From an uncultured Ruminiclostridium sp. (GTDB lineage Bacteria; Bacillota; Clostridia; Oscillospirales; Ruminococcaceae): a stretch of DNA of 64,000 bases. Position numbers and translations under genes: made by a program. The notes below the pieces were generated by a model that saw nothing but the letters and a program-made list of their open reading frames with translations, was not told the origin of the DNA and made no database searches. Shown here one piece after another: positions 1-9,672 of this stretch; the stretch's first letter is position 1; each line of letters begins with the position of its first letter. The stretch lies in contig CANQED010000002.1 of the NCBI GenBank assembly GCA_947594425.1, positions 62,364 through 126,363 of the forward strand. Reading direction: 5' to 3'.

Positions 1-737
1 TCCGCCGCCGCCTTTACCTCGTCGTGGGCGTTAGATACCGCAAAACCGAGGTCGGCGCTCTTTACCATTTCGGCGTCATTGGGATAGTCTCCCGCCGCGA
101 CCGTGAACCTGTCGGTGTTGTTTGTCACCTCTAGCAGCCTTTTATAGCCGTACGCCTTGCTCACTCCGACGGGGAGCAATTCGTAGAAAAACGGCGCGGA
201 CAGCACGCGATTAGTACCCTCGGCGCAGCATTCGTCGACAAAGCGGCGCAGCCCGTCCATTTTATCCTCGGGATAGGCGAGCAGTACCTTTAGCCAGCCG
301 CCCTCGGGTATCTCGTCGACATCGCAGAATACGCCCTGCACATTCTCGAGCGCCATATGCATACTCTCTACTTCATTATTGGCGGGGACGTACACCTTGT
401 GTTGCTGCAATACTTCTATTCCTATATCGGGAAATTCCCGCATAATAGCCTTTATGTAATCTCTCGCGCGGTAGGTGACCTCGCTCTGCCATAAAAAGCT
501 CTCGGTCTTAAAATCATACACCGCCGAGCCGTTGAATATCACGGCGGGCATTCTTAATGAGAGCTTATCGGCAACGGGCTTTGCCATAGAATAGCCTCGC
601 CCCGTCGCTATGGTAAACGCTCCTCCCGCGTCACAAAATTCATCGATCGACTTAAGGTCGCGCTCGGATATGTTTTTCTTGTCGTCGAGCAGCGTCCCGT
701 CAAGGTCGGTCATAATGATAACCTTGGAAAAATCCAT
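1..737 (-). CDS. Cof-type HAD-IIB family hydrolase; the 3' end runs off the window and the gene is absent from the supplied ORF track
   Basis: Manual minus-strand translation from ATG at 737 gives MDFSKVIIMTDLDGTLLDDKKNISERDLKSIDEF... HAD motif I (DLDGTLL) and motif IV (GDYPNDAEM) are present. The frame stays open to position 1. Confidence 0.75.
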   Translation of the reverse strand, partial: MDFSKVIIMTDLDGTLLDDKKNISERDLKSIDEFCDAGGAFTIATGRGYSMAKPVADKLSLRMPAVIFNGSAVYDFKTESFLWQSEVTYRARDYIKAIMREFPDIGIEVLQQHKVYVPANNEVESMHMALENVQGVFCDVDEIPEGGWLKVLLAYPEDKMDGLRRFVDECCAEGTNRVLSAPFFYELLPVGVSKAYGYKRLLEVTNNTDRFTVAAGDYPNDAEMVKSADLGFAVSNAHDEVKAAA

Positions 738-750
738 TTTGCTCCTACAT

Positions 751-1674
751 CTATATCTTTGTATTTTCAAGGCTTCTGAGCAGCCTTGTAAAATAATCGG
801 GCAAAGGGCTGTCAAACTCCATATACTGCCCGTTCGGGTGGATAAAGCCGAGCCTTTTAGCGTGCAGACACTGCCCGCCCAGCCACTTAGGCTCGCCTGT
901 ACCGTACACCGAGTCCCCCGTCACGGGGTGACCGATATACGCCATATGCACCCTTATCTGGTGAGTGCGCCCCGTCTCAAGCTTTAATCTGAGCAGCGTA
1001 TTCTTACTGTAATTTTGCTCTACAAAATAATGCGTCAAAGCTGGACGCGAATTAAGCTCGGTGACGCACATCCTCTTGCGGTCCGTCTTATGTCTGCCGA
1101 TAGGCGCGTCTACGGTGCCATTGTCGCGGATAACGCCCTGCACTACCGCCATATACTCGCGGGTAAAGCTGTGCTCCTTTATCTGCTCGGCGAGCGTCCT
1201 GTGCGCGTTGTCGGTCTTTGCGACGACTAGCAAGCCGCTCGTGTCGCGGTCTATCCTGTGTACTATGCCGGGGCGCATAACGCCGTTTATCCCCGAGAGG
1301 CTGTCCTTACAGTGATACATCAGCGCGTTTACGAGAGTGCCCGAATAATGCCCCGGGGCGGGGTGTACCACCATGCCCTTAGGCTTATTTACCACTAACA
1401 GCTCGCCGTCCTCGTACACTATATCGAGCGGTATATCCTCGGCATTTATATCCGTTTTTTCAGGCTCGGGGAGAATAATTTCCACCCTGTCGCCGATACT
1501 CAGCCTACAGCTTTTGCGGGCGGGCTTGCCGTTGACACAACAGCCGCCGCTGTCGGCTATTTTTATTACAGCACTGCGCGAAAGTCCCGTATCCTGTGAA
1601 GAGATAAACTTGTCGAGCCTTTCGCCCTCGGCGTCACAAACAAAAGTCAGTACATCCTCCGCGTCGGCGCACAT
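751..1674 (-). CDS. rluD: RluA-family 23S rRNA pseudouridine synthase (RluD-like)
   Basis: 307 aa with an S4-like N-terminus and the catalytic motif HRIDRDTSGLLVVAK. The start overlaps the lspA stop (TGATG). lspA-rluD synteny matches Bacillus. Confidence 0.9.
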   Translation of the reverse strand: MCADAEDVLTFVCDAEGERLDKFISSQDTGLSRSAVIKIADSGGCCVNGKPARKSCRLSIGDRVEIILPEPEKTDINAEDIPLDIVYEDGELLVVNKPKGMVVHPAPGHYSGTLVNALMYHCKDSLSGINGVMRPGIVHRIDRDTSGLLVVAKTDNAHRTLAEQIKEHSFTREYMAVVQGVIRDNGTVDAPIGRHKTDRKRMCVTELNSRPALTHYFVEQNYSKNTLLRLKLETGRTHQIRVHMAYIGHPVTGDSVYGTGEPKWLGGQCLHAKRLGFIHPNGQYMEFDSPLPDYFTRLLRSLENTKI

Positions 1675-2186
1675 CAGCCTTCACCGTCCGTGCTGTCGCT
1701 CTTAGCAGCATGCCTTGCCCTGACCTCTTTTATCTCGTCATACAGCACAAATACCAGCAGCCCTATCGAGCCTACCACTGCGCAAATATCCGCGACGTTG
1801 AACACGGCGAAATTTATCAGCCTAAAGTCGATAAAGTCCACTACCGACCCCGTTATCAGCCTGTCGATAAGATTGCCTACGCCGCCCGCGAGTATAAGCG
1901 CCACGCACCAAATGTACGCGGGCTTTTTAATTCGCTTTGACAGCAGCAGATACAGCATTCCGAGCAATATCAGCGCGGTTATGATGATAAGAAATATCTG
2001 CTTTCCCTCGAGTATGCTGAACGCCGCGCCCGTGTTGCGCTCGTAGGTGATATTGAGCACATTAGTGCCGCCTATCTGTATGACGGGTATAGACTGGTGC
2101 AGGTGCATATTGCTGTCTATAATATATTTTGTAAGCTGGTCAAGACCTATCAGTCCGACTGCCGCCGCAAGAGCTATATATACCAT
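1674..2186 (-). CDS. lspA: Lipoprotein signal peptidase (signal peptidase II)
   Basis: 170-aa polytopic protein with motifs NTGAAFS, GGVGNLIDR, VVDFIDF and FNVAD. Confidence 0.9.
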   Translation of the reverse strand: MVYIALAAAVGLIGLDQLTKYIIDSNMHLHQSIPVIQIGGTNVLNITYERNTGAAFSILEGKQIFLIIITALILLGMLYLLLSKRIKKPAYIWCVALILAGGVGNLIDRLITGSVVDFIDFRLINFAVFNVADICAVVGSIGLLVFVLYDEIKEVRARHAAKSDSTDGEG

Positions 2187-2245
2187 TGAGTGAAAAATCC
2201 TTTCAGTGCCAAAACTATGCGGAAGTATGTAAAGCGAATATCCTA

Positions 2246-3178
2246 TTATTGCTTTCCGAATTCAAGCGGCTCGTGCAGCTCGTGCAGCTCTGAGGTCTTT
2301 TCGTCGGTGAGCTTGAAAAGTATCGAGTCGGTCTTTTTAGCGTCCTCGTGCTTTTTGTCCTCGGGTTTCTTTTCCTCGTGCTTCTTTTCCTCGGGTTTGG
2401 GCTCTTCGGGCTTTTTCTCCTCGGGCTTAGGCTCTTCGGGCTTCTTTTCCTCGGGCTTGGGCTCGGGCTTCTTTTCCTCGGGCTTAGGCTCGGGCTTTTT
2501 CACCTCGGCGGGCTTAGGCTCTTCGGGCTTCTTAGCAAAAGCGCTGTCGGCGGGCTTGCGGCTCTCGACCTCTTTTGCGGTGTTTATCACAAACTCGTTC
2601 TCGCACTGAGCGGGGATATTCTTGATATACTCGATATGCACGTTATAGGCGGCGAGTATCTTCTCGGTAAACTCGCTGACCTCTTTTCTTGTGCGCTGTA
2701 AAACTATCTGCTCTCTCTCGGTCTGCTGCTTCATTATGGTATGTATCTCGTCGGCCTTGCCGTTAGCCTCGTCGACTATGCGCTTAGCCTCCGCCTTAGC
2801 GTCCGCGAGCGTCTTGTCAGCCTCCGCCCTTTTCTTGGCGGAATAATCGTCCGCGTCCTTTTTGGTCTTTGCGGCCGCGTCATTAGCCTCTTTATTTATC
2901 TTTGCCGCCTCTTCCTTGGCCTCGTTTACTACGGCTATACCCTGCTTTTTAGCGATAAGCAGAGCGTCGCGCAGAGCGTCCTCGTCGTTGCGGTATTCTC
3001 TTATTTTGGCGGCAAGCACCTCAAGCTTTTTCTCAAGCTCGGCGTTTTCGTTCTCGAGCTTTTTATACTCGACGGATACGTCGCGCAAAAACTCGTCTAC
3101 CTCCTCGGCCTTATAGCCTCCGCCGAGCTTTGCTTTCTCAAAGGTCTTTGTTACGATATCTTTAGCATTCAACGCCAA
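2246..3178 (-). CDS. divIVA: DivIVA-domain cell-division protein with a C-terminal Pro/Glu/Lys repeat tail
   Basis: N-terminus MALNAKDIVTKTFEKAKLGGGYKAEEVDEFLRDV followed by a long coiled coil. It follows sepF-ylmH as in Bacillus. Confidence 0.85.
   Translation of the reverse strand: MALNAKDIVTKTFEKAKLGGGYKAEEVDEFLRDVSVEYKKLENENAELEKKLEVLAAKIREYRNDEDALRDALLIAKKQGIAVVNEAKEEAAKINKEANDAAAKTKKDADDYSAKKRAEADKTLADAKAEAKRIVDEANGKADEIHTIMKQQTEREQIVLQRTRKEVSEFTEKILAAYNVHIEYIKNIPAQCENEFVINTAKEVESRKPADSAFAKKPEEPKPAEVKKPEPKPEEKKPEPKPEEKKPEEPKPEEKKPEEPKPEEKKHEEKKPEDKKHEDAKKTDSILFKLTDEKTSELHELHEPLEFGKQ
2333..2536 (-). repeat. In-frame tandem low-complexity repeat (PEPKPEEKK units) inside divIVA
   Basis: The DNA shows reiterated ttcctcgggcttaggctcttcgggcttctt-type units. 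The protein reads KKPEPKPEEKKPEPKPEEKKPEEPKPEEKKPEEPKPEEKK. Confidence 0.8.
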
Positions 3179-3189
3179 ATACCTCCTTG

Positions 3190-3945
3190 TTATATATACT
3201 TCTTCACTGTTATATGAAGACTGCCTTTTCTTCCTTCGCTGTTTATCTCGTCAAAGACAAACTTTCCTACGCCGCGCACCGAGATTTTGTCCCCCGCCTT
3301 AAGTCTGTGGTCAACGTCGGTGCATACGACGGAATTTACCGTCACTCTCTGCGGTCTTATATACTTTTCTACCGCGTTATTGCGCCCGTGTCCCGCTAAA
3401 TGCCCCACCATAGTGTCAAGCCTAAGCGACGACACCGACAGCCTCAGCAGCTGAAATTTTCTCTCGGGTATAGGCGCGTTTACGCCTATTTCGGCGCGCA
3501 CACCTATGCCGCCTATCTTAGTCACCGTATCCGCTACAAGCGGTATCACGGCACTATACAGATAGGCTATCGCCTTATCCTCATAAAGATATATGTCGCC
3601 TATAGTGTCGCGCTCTATCCCCACCGATATTAGCGTGCCGAGCACGTCCCTGTGCGTTATCCTGTCCTTTTGCCCTAAGGTAAAGGTCACCGCCCCTATC
3701 GGGAATATGCCGTCGTCTATGTCCGACATTTCGCTCGGAAGCAGTCCTATACACGCACGCTCATAATCGAGATTAGCTTCTCCGCCGAATAGGCGCAATT
3801 CTACCCCGTGCGGCATTTTGACGCGCTTTAGCAATGCCTGCTCGCTGTCGGTAAGGAATTTTGTAAAGTACGGTCTGCCCGTCCTTGCACAGCGCTCGGC
3901 GGCGTCTTCTAAATACGCCGCAAGCTGCTTATCGTCTGACGACAT
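3190..3945 (-). CDS. ylmH: YlmH-like S4-domain RNA-binding protein
   Basis: N-terminal FTKFLTDSEQ motif and a C-terminal S4 fold (RLDTMVGHLAGHGRNNAVEKYIRPQRVTVN). It lies between sepF and divIVA. Confidence 0.75.
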   Translation of the reverse strand: MSSDDKQLAAYLEDAAERCARTGRPYFTKFLTDSEQALLKRVKMPHGVELRLFGGEANLDYERACIGLLPSEMSDIDDGIFPIGAVTFTLGQKDRITHRDVLGTLISVGIERDTIGDIYLYEDKAIAYLYSAVIPLVADTVTKIGGIGVRAEIGVNAPIPERKFQLLRLSVSSLRLDTMVGHLAGHGRNNAVEKYIRPQRVTVNSVVCTDVDHRLKAGDKISVRGVGKFVFDEINSEGRKGSLHITVKKYI

Positions 3946-4391
3946 CAGCCGAGATCGTCAAATATATCTTCGCCCGAGATGTTGCTTATCTCGTCGATAA
4001 AGTCACCCGATATATCCACATTAAACGGTGCGAGCACATATGTGGTATCGCCTATTCTCTTAAGCTCGCCGTCGGTGATATAGCTTACGCCGCCGAGAAA
4101 GTCGATAAGGCGGTTGGCGATATCCTTATTTGTGTTGCTGAACATAAGTATTACGGTATTCTTGTTTTTATAAAGCTCAGCTATCTCCGCAGCGTCGCTG
4201 TACTTTTTCGGTCTGCTGACTACTAAGTGCAGGGTGGTGCTTGCGTTATAGGTGAATACCTTTCCGCTCGACGCGGGAGTACGGGGCGCCTCGGGCATTT
4301 TTTCGCGCTCGGTCGCTTCTTCCTCGTAGCCCTCCTCGTCCTCGGGGTCCTGCCACTTCTTGGATAAGTTTTTCAGTCCTTCAAAAGCCAT
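3945..4391 (-). CDS. sepF: Cell division protein SepF
   Basis: 148 aa with the SepF core VVSRPKKYSDAAEIAELYKNKNTVILMFSN...LIDFLGGVSY. Synteny with yggS and ylmH supports the call. Confidence 0.85.
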   Translation of the reverse strand: MAFEGLKNLSKKWQDPEDEEGYEEEATEREKMPEAPRTPASSGKVFTYNASTTLHLVVSRPKKYSDAAEIAELYKNKNTVILMFSNTNKDIANRLIDFLGGVSYITDGELKRIGDTTYVLAPFNVDISGDFIDEISNISGEDIFDDLG

Positions 4392-4406
4392 TTTTAAATT
4401 CCTCCG

Positions 4407-5132
4407 TTAAATATTATAGTTTCTGTAACCGAACAGGGCGCTGCCTATCCGAATTATTGTCGAGCCGTATTTTATCGCGGCGGCATAATCCGCGGACATC
4501 CCCATAGAAAGTACATCCATTTTGCTAAGTGCGTGGCATTTTATCTTCAGCTCGTTAAAAAGCTCCTGCGTCCTTGCAAAATATATCTCGTTTCCTCCGG
4601 GCGGGGGTATTGTCATAAGCCCCCTTATATTTACATTCCGAAGCTCGGCTGCCGCGCTTGCGGTATCGAAAAGCGCGTCGGGCGTAATTCCGCTCTTGCT
4701 CTCCTCGCCGCCGATATTTACCTCCAGAAGTATATCCATTGTCAGCTTATGCTCGATAGCGCGCTTATCTATCTCCTGCGCCGCCTTTAGCGAGCCGACC
4801 GAGTGTATCATACTCACCTTGTCTATGATGTATTTTATCTTATTTGTTTGGAGTGTGCCGATAAAATGCACCTCGGAGCTTTTGGAATAGCTCTCGTATT
4901 TGCTCAAAAACTCCTGCACGCGATTTTCCCCGAGCAGGTCTATACCGAGGCTCTCGGCATAATTTATCTTCTCGACGGGGACAGTCTTTGTCACCGCCAT
5001 TATATTTACCTTGTCGGTGCGCCCCGCCTTATCCATAGCCTCGACGGTATTATACCGTACAGCCTTGAGATTTTGCTCTATCTCCTTAAAGCCTGTCTGC
5101 TCGGCAGGCAAGTCACAGCACTTTTCCGTCAT
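4407..5132 (-). CDS. yggS: YggS/YlmE-family pyridoxal-phosphate homeostasis protein
   Basis: Motifs AVTKTVPVEKI, LGENRVQE and HFIGTLQTNK. I prefer ATG 5132 (MTEKCC...) over the track start 5213, whose extra codons overlap the upstream gene. Confidence 0.85.
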   Translation of the reverse strand: MTEKCCDLPAEQTGFKEIEQNLKAVRYNTVEAMDKAGRTDKVNIMAVTKTVPVEKINYAESLGIDLLGENRVQEFLSKYESYSKSSEVHFIGTLQTNKIKYIIDKVSMIHSVGSLKAAQEIDKRAIEHKLTMDILLEVNIGGEESKSGITPDALFDTASAAAELRNVNIRGLMTIPPPGGNEIYFARTQELFNELKIKCHALSKMDVLSMGMSADYAAAIKYGSTIIRIGSALFGYRNYNI

Positions 5133-6336
5133 ACAGGTTCTTGCCCTCCACAATGATACTGTCATACAGCGAAAGATAGCCCTGCATACCCGTGGTGTCC
5201 TTTGCGATAACATAGTCCTCGCCGGGGTACACCTCGACTATGCGCCTAAATTCGGCGGTCGAGCCGTTCTTTATGTACACGCCCATATTGTTGTCATCGT
5301 CAAAATGTATCGCGTCCGCCGATATCCTTATGCCGCTGTAATTTTCGAGCGACATCCTGAACCGCTCGGTGCGCTTAGCCGTGACCGACTGGGTGAGTAT
5401 ATCCGAGGAAAATATCACCACGCTGTTGCCACTGTCGGTCTTATTTACCTTCTCTACATACACTCTTACGGGGACGACCGACGCCCCCGCAGTAAGCGTC
5501 ACATAAGTCCCCTCTTCAAGCACTGCCGCCGCCGTGTCGGAGTCTATCACCGCCGCTAACATCCAGCTGTAGCTGTCTATCATCTTGCCGATAACGCCGT
5601 TAGACGCGCCGTCCTTAGCGCCGGTGTTAATGATCTCGTTTATTCTTTTTTCGGTAAGCTCTTCTGCGGTATCAAAAGTAAGCTCGCTCTCATAGCCGTC
5701 CACCGCGCTGACAAAATACCCGCTCTCCTCGGAGACTATGCTCTGCACGTCGGTGCTTAATTGCTGCTCTAAGCTCTGCTCGGTATTTTCGAGAGTGGTT
5801 ATCACGGAAGAATAGTCCTCGTTTTTGCCTTTAGCCATATCGCGCTTGCTCTGGAGATTGAGCAGCTGATATTTTATCTCTCCCGCGGCGGTATAATCCT
5901 TATTGTATATCGCCTTTATCAGCTCGCTGTGCTTTTCGTAAATAAGGCTGTTAAAGACCTCTATCTGAGAATTATCCGTCCCCGCTAAGCTCTGAGCGTC
6001 CTTAAGCGACTCTATGCGCTTATTCAGCGCGCTTATGCGGTTTTTGACCCTTATGTCCTCGGCGTTTTGATATACGTTTGCGATAACGCTGTTCTTGCCG
6101 AGCTTAGAGCCGTCGGGATGTGCGTATTGCAATACTCCGTCCACGCTGCTTTTGACGGTATGCTCGCTTCTGATAAACACACCGTCAAACATCAGCGCGT
6201 CCTGAGACTCGTACAGCATTGCGACCTCCGTCCTTATGCCGTTTTCATTGCGTACCGCAAACTGACTTATTATGGTTATCACCAGAAATATCGCCAAAAG
6301 CACGGCGATTATCTTAGTTGTCCCCGATCTGTCCAT
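5113..6336 (-). CDS. HlyD/membrane-fusion-like protein (N-terminal TM, coiled coil, beta-barrel tail)
   Basis: 407 aa with one N-terminal TM (IIAVLLAIFLVITIISQF), a central heptad-rich region and a C-terminal beta-rich region. The family assignment is by general resemblance only. Confidence 0.5.
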   Translation of the reverse strand: MDRSGTTKIIAVLLAIFLVITIISQFAVRNENGIRTEVAMLYESQDALMFDGVFIRSEHTVKSSVDGVLQYAHPDGSKLGKNSVIANVYQNAEDIRVKNRISALNKRIESLKDAQSLAGTDNSQIEVFNSLIYEKHSELIKAIYNKDYTAAGEIKYQLLNLQSKRDMAKGKNEDYSSVITTLENTEQSLEQQLSTDVQSIVSEESGYFVSAVDGYESELTFDTAEELTEKRINEIINTGAKDGASNGVIGKMIDSYSWMLAAVIDSDTAAAVLEEGTYVTLTAGASVVPVRVYVEKVNKTDSGNSVVIFSSDILTQSVTAKRTERFRMSLENYSGIRISADAIHFDDDNNMGVYIKNGSTAEFRRIVEVYPGEDYVIAKDTTGMQGYLSLYDSIIVEGKNLYDGKVL

Positions 6337-6339
6337 ATA

Positions 6340-6588
6340 TTATTGCTGCTCTTCTCCCTTGTCAAAAGCGTCGAGTATCGACACGGGCCTTAGCGGCGTT
6401 ATCGTCGATATTGCGTGCTTATAGATAAGATTTTGCTTCCCGTCGGTATCGAGTATGACGGTATAATTGTCAAAGCCCTTTACCATTCCTTTGAACTGAA
6501 AACCGTTGGTGATGTATATCGTCACCGGTATTCTTTCCTTTCTCGCCTGATTTAAAAAAACGTCCTGTAAATTGATTTCCTTTGCCAT
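6340..6588 (-). CDS. hfq: RNA chaperone Hfq
   Basis: 82 aa with Sm motifs [26 protein letters not shown] and IYKHAISTI. It sits downstream of miaA. Confidence 0.95.
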   Translation of the reverse strand: MAKEINLQDVFLNQARKERIPVTIYITNGFQFKGMVKGFDNYTVILDTDGKQNLIYKHAISTITPLRPVSILDAFDKGEEQQ

Positions 6589-6799
6589 GGCCGTGACCTC
6601 CTTAAAATCGACATATTCTGTCCGGCTTTTACTTTTACGTCTTTTGGCGTAAAGTCCCTTTTCCCGTGTATACCGTGACGGGCTTTTTATTTTAGGCGGG
6701 AATAAAGCCCCCGCCAGATAGGGCGTCAGCGTTTTGGCGCTGTTTCAGGTTTGCTCGGGGCGCGTGCATAAAACTCCCCACTCTATATTGTAACATATT

Positions 6800-7744
6800 T
6801 TAATCGGAATTTCTACAGGTTTTTATATAATTTTTTGCTTTTATTAAAATTTCTTCAAAATCGACGGTTCGGTCGGCGTGTATTTTGTATATTTTCTCAT
6901 TTCTGTTAAACCATGTAAGCTGCCTTTTGGCGTATCGCCTTGTTTCGCGCTTAAGCCTGTCTATGCACTCTGCTAAAGGCTCTTCGCCGTCAAGATAAGG
7001 CTTAAGCTCCTTATACCCTATCGCCTGTGCCGCCGTGGGATAGTCGTCGTGGGAGAAAAACTCCCTCGCCTCGTCAACAAGCCCGCGCCGTACCATATCG
7101 TCTACGCGGCTGTCTATCCTGCGGTATAATTCCTCGCGGTCATAGTCTATCATAATATAGCACTTAATATACGGCGAGGGCGCTTTGCGGCTCTCTCTTT
7201 GCAGCTCGGTCATGGTCCTGCCGCTTATTTTATATACCTCAAGAGCCCGTATTATCCGCGAAAGATTATTCGGGTGCAATCTTTTTGCGCAGTCGGTGTC
7301 TACATTATTCAGCATATCGAGCAGGTACTGCCCGCCGCGCTCTTCGGCTATGGCTCTTAATTCCTCGCGGTACTTAGGGTCGCTCCCACCGTCAGCGTCA
7401 AAGGTGATATTATTATTTACCGAGTCGATATACAATCCCGTCCCGCCGCAAAGTATCGGCTGGCGTCCCCGCGCGGCTATATCCGCTATTTTTTCCTTGG
7501 CCAGCATAACATAATCCGCTACCGAAAATTTTTCTCTCGGGTCAAGAAAGCCTATCAGATGGTGCGGCACGCCGAGCATTTCTTCCTTGTCGGGCTTTGC
7601 TGTGGCTATGCCGTACCCCTTATATACCTGCATAGAGTCGGCGGATATAACCTCTCCGTCAAGGTCCAGAGCGAGCCGCGCGGCTAAAGCCGTCTTGCCG
7701 CTCGCGGTAGGCCCGCATACCGTGATAAGAAACTGCCCCGCCAT
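6800..7744 (-). CDS. miaA: tRNA dimethylallyltransferase
   Basis: P-loop GPTASGKTALA and DSMQVYKGYGIATAKP. mutL-miaA-hfq synteny supports the call. Confidence 0.95.
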   Translation of the reverse strand: MAGQFLITVCGPTASGKTALAARLALDLDGEVISADSMQVYKGYGIATAKPDKEEMLGVPHHLIGFLDPREKFSVADYVMLAKEKIADIAARGRQPILCGGTGLYIDSVNNNITFDADGGSDPKYREELRAIAEERGGQYLLDMLNNVDTDCAKRLHPNNLSRIIRALEVYKISGRTMTELQRESRKAPSPYIKCYIMIDYDREELYRRIDSRVDDMVRRGLVDEAREFFSHDDYPTAAQAIGYKELKPYLDGEEPLAECIDRLKRETRRYAKRQLTWFNRNEKIYKIHADRTVDFEEILIKAKNYIKTCRNSD

Positions 7745-7745
7745 A

Positions 7746-9662
7746 TCAAGTCCTCATAAACAGGTGCTCTATCTTACTCTTGGGCAGTACGGTCATAACA
7801 GGTCTGCCGTGCGGGCAAAATCTTATCGCCTTGTCATTGTACACCCTGCGAGCGAGCACCTCAAGCTCGGTGATGTCGGTATGATCGTTAGCCTTTATCG
7901 CGCTGCGGCACGCCATAGTGTGCAGCATATCGTCAAACAGCGCGCCCTTTTGCCCCGTGCCGCCGAGCACTAGCCTATCCGCTATATCGCATACCACCTG
8001 CTTTGGGTCATCGGTGATGATGCTCGGCATGGCGGTTATCTCTACGGTCATATCGTCGGCAAACACAAGCTCTACCCCCGCCTGCTCGACATACTCGTAA
8101 TATTCGCTCAGCGCGTTATATTCCTCGGCGGAGAGCTTTACCTTTACCTCGTCCATAAGCAGCTGAGAGGTCTGGCTGAACTCGGCTTTAAGCCGTTCAA
8201 AGCGTATGCGCTCGTGAGCGGCGTGTTTGTCTATCAGTATAAGTCCCTCTTCCGCCTCGCAGATGATATAGGTCGCGGCGTATTCGCCTATGACGCGTAT
8301 ATTCTTTTCCTGCTCGGGCTGCTCGGGCACAATAGCCTTTGTGACATTGCCCGAAAAGGCGCTTACTCGCAGATATTCTTCGGGAGGCTCGGGCGGAGGC
8401 GGTATCTCAGCCGCAACGGGCTCGGCGGGGGTAACGACCGTCGGCTCTTTTTCTAACGGCTTTCTCGGGAGTAACCCCGACGCGCGCGCCTCTCCTCCGT
8501 CGTGAAAGGCGGGCGGCTTTCTTACCTCGCCGTATACGGTCTTTACGTCTATATCCGCGTCGGGCAGCTTTTGTTGAGCGGGAGCGGGGACGTTCATATA
8601 TGCGGTGCGCTCGAAATATTTTTTAGGCGAGTAGTCGTCCTCTTTTTTCGCGGGCTCGCTTACTGCGGCGCTCTCGCTTAACAGCAGGGCGTTCTTTGTC
8701 GCTAAATACACCGCGTCGAACACCGCCTTTTCATAAGCGAACCTGACCTCGGTCTTAGCGGGGTGGACATTGACGTCCACCATATCGGCGGGCATATTTA
8801 TATTCAGCACGCAGGCGGGGTATCTCCCCGTCATAACGGTATTGCGATAGCCCTCCTCGAGCGCTGCCATACAGGTCGTGCTCTTTATATACCGTCCGTT
8901 TACGAAAAACATCTGCATTGCGCGGCTTGCGCGGCAAAACAGCGGCGAGCAGACAAAGCCCTCTATCGTGATATTATTGTAGGAATAGTCCGCCTTTACG
9001 AGCGAGTCGGCAAACTGTCTGCCGTACACCGCCCTTATCGCCGAGAACCTCGAGCCGTCGCCCGTCGTTACGCGCACGTTCTTATTATCTCGTATAAATC
9101 TAAAGGATATCTCGGGCTTGGATAAGGCGAGCTTATCGACAAGCGCCGATATAAAGTTGCCCTCGGACACGTCCTTTTTCAAGAATTTCAGCCGCGCGGG
9201 GGTATTATAAAACAGGTCGCGTATAACTATCGTCGTACCCTCGGGGCAGCCGCAGCGCTCGTGCAGCTTTTGCTCGCCGCCCTCGATAACGATCCTGCCG
9301 CCTAATTCGTCCCCCGCCTGCCGCGACATCATCTCTACCCGCGCTACCGCCGCGATAGACGCGAGCGCCTCACCGCGAAAGCCGAGCGTGCCTATCGCCA
9401 CAAGGTCGCCGCCGTTATGTATCTTGCTGGTCGCATGACGCAAAAAGGCGGTCGGCAGCTGGTCAAAGGCTATTCCGCAGCCGTCGTCGGTAAGCCGCAT
9501 ATAGCTTATGCCGCCGTTTTTTATTTCAATTGTGATATGCTTTGCTAATGCGTCGGCGGAATTTTCTATAAGCTCCTTTATCACCGAGGAGGGGCGCTCT
9601 ATCACCTCTCCCGCGGCGATAAGCTCCGCTACGCTCTTATCAAGCAGTCTTATCGTCGGCAT
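7746..9662 (-). CDS. mutL: DNA mismatch repair protein MutL
   Basis: GHKL N-terminus AAGEVIERPSSVIKELIENSADA and C-terminal ACRSAIKAND / FCPHGRP. The start is set at ATG 9662 (MPTIRLLDK), 10 nt after the mutS stop. Confidence 0.95.
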   Translation of the reverse strand: MPTIRLLDKSVAELIAAGEVIERPSSVIKELIENSADALAKHITIEIKNGGISYMRLTDDGCGIAFDQLPTAFLRHATSKIHNGGDLVAIGTLGFRGEALASIAAVARVEMMSRQAGDELGGRIVIEGGEQKLHERCGCPEGTTIVIRDLFYNTPARLKFLKKDVSEGNFISALVDKLALSKPEISFRFIRDNKNVRVTTGDGSRFSAIRAVYGRQFADSLVKADYSYNNITIEGFVCSPLFCRASRAMQMFFVNGRYIKSTTCMAALEEGYRNTVMTGRYPACVLNINMPADMVDVNVHPAKTEVRFAYEKAVFDAVYLATKNALLLSESAAVSEPAKKEDDYSPKKYFERTAYMNVPAPAQQKLPDADIDVKTVYGEVRKPPAFHDGGEARASGLLPRKPLEKEPTVVTPAEPVAAEIPPPPEPPEEYLRVSAFSGNVTKAIVPEQPEQEKNIRVIGEYAATYIICEAEEGLILIDKHAAHERIRFERLKAEFSQTSQLLMDEVKVKLSAEEYNALSEYYEYVEQAGVELVFADDMTVEITAMPSIITDDPKQVVCDIADRLVLGGTGQKGALFDDMLHTMACRSAIKANDHTDITELEVLARRVYNDKAIRFCPHGRPVMTVLPKSKIEHLFMRT

Positions 9663-9672
9663 TGTCTTACCT

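Noticed and set aside
2190-2609. Plus-strand ORF with SSGFFSSGLGSSGFF repeats.
   Set aside because: It is the antisense reading of the DivIVA PEPKPEEKK repeat. The repeat structure is explained by the minus-strand gene.
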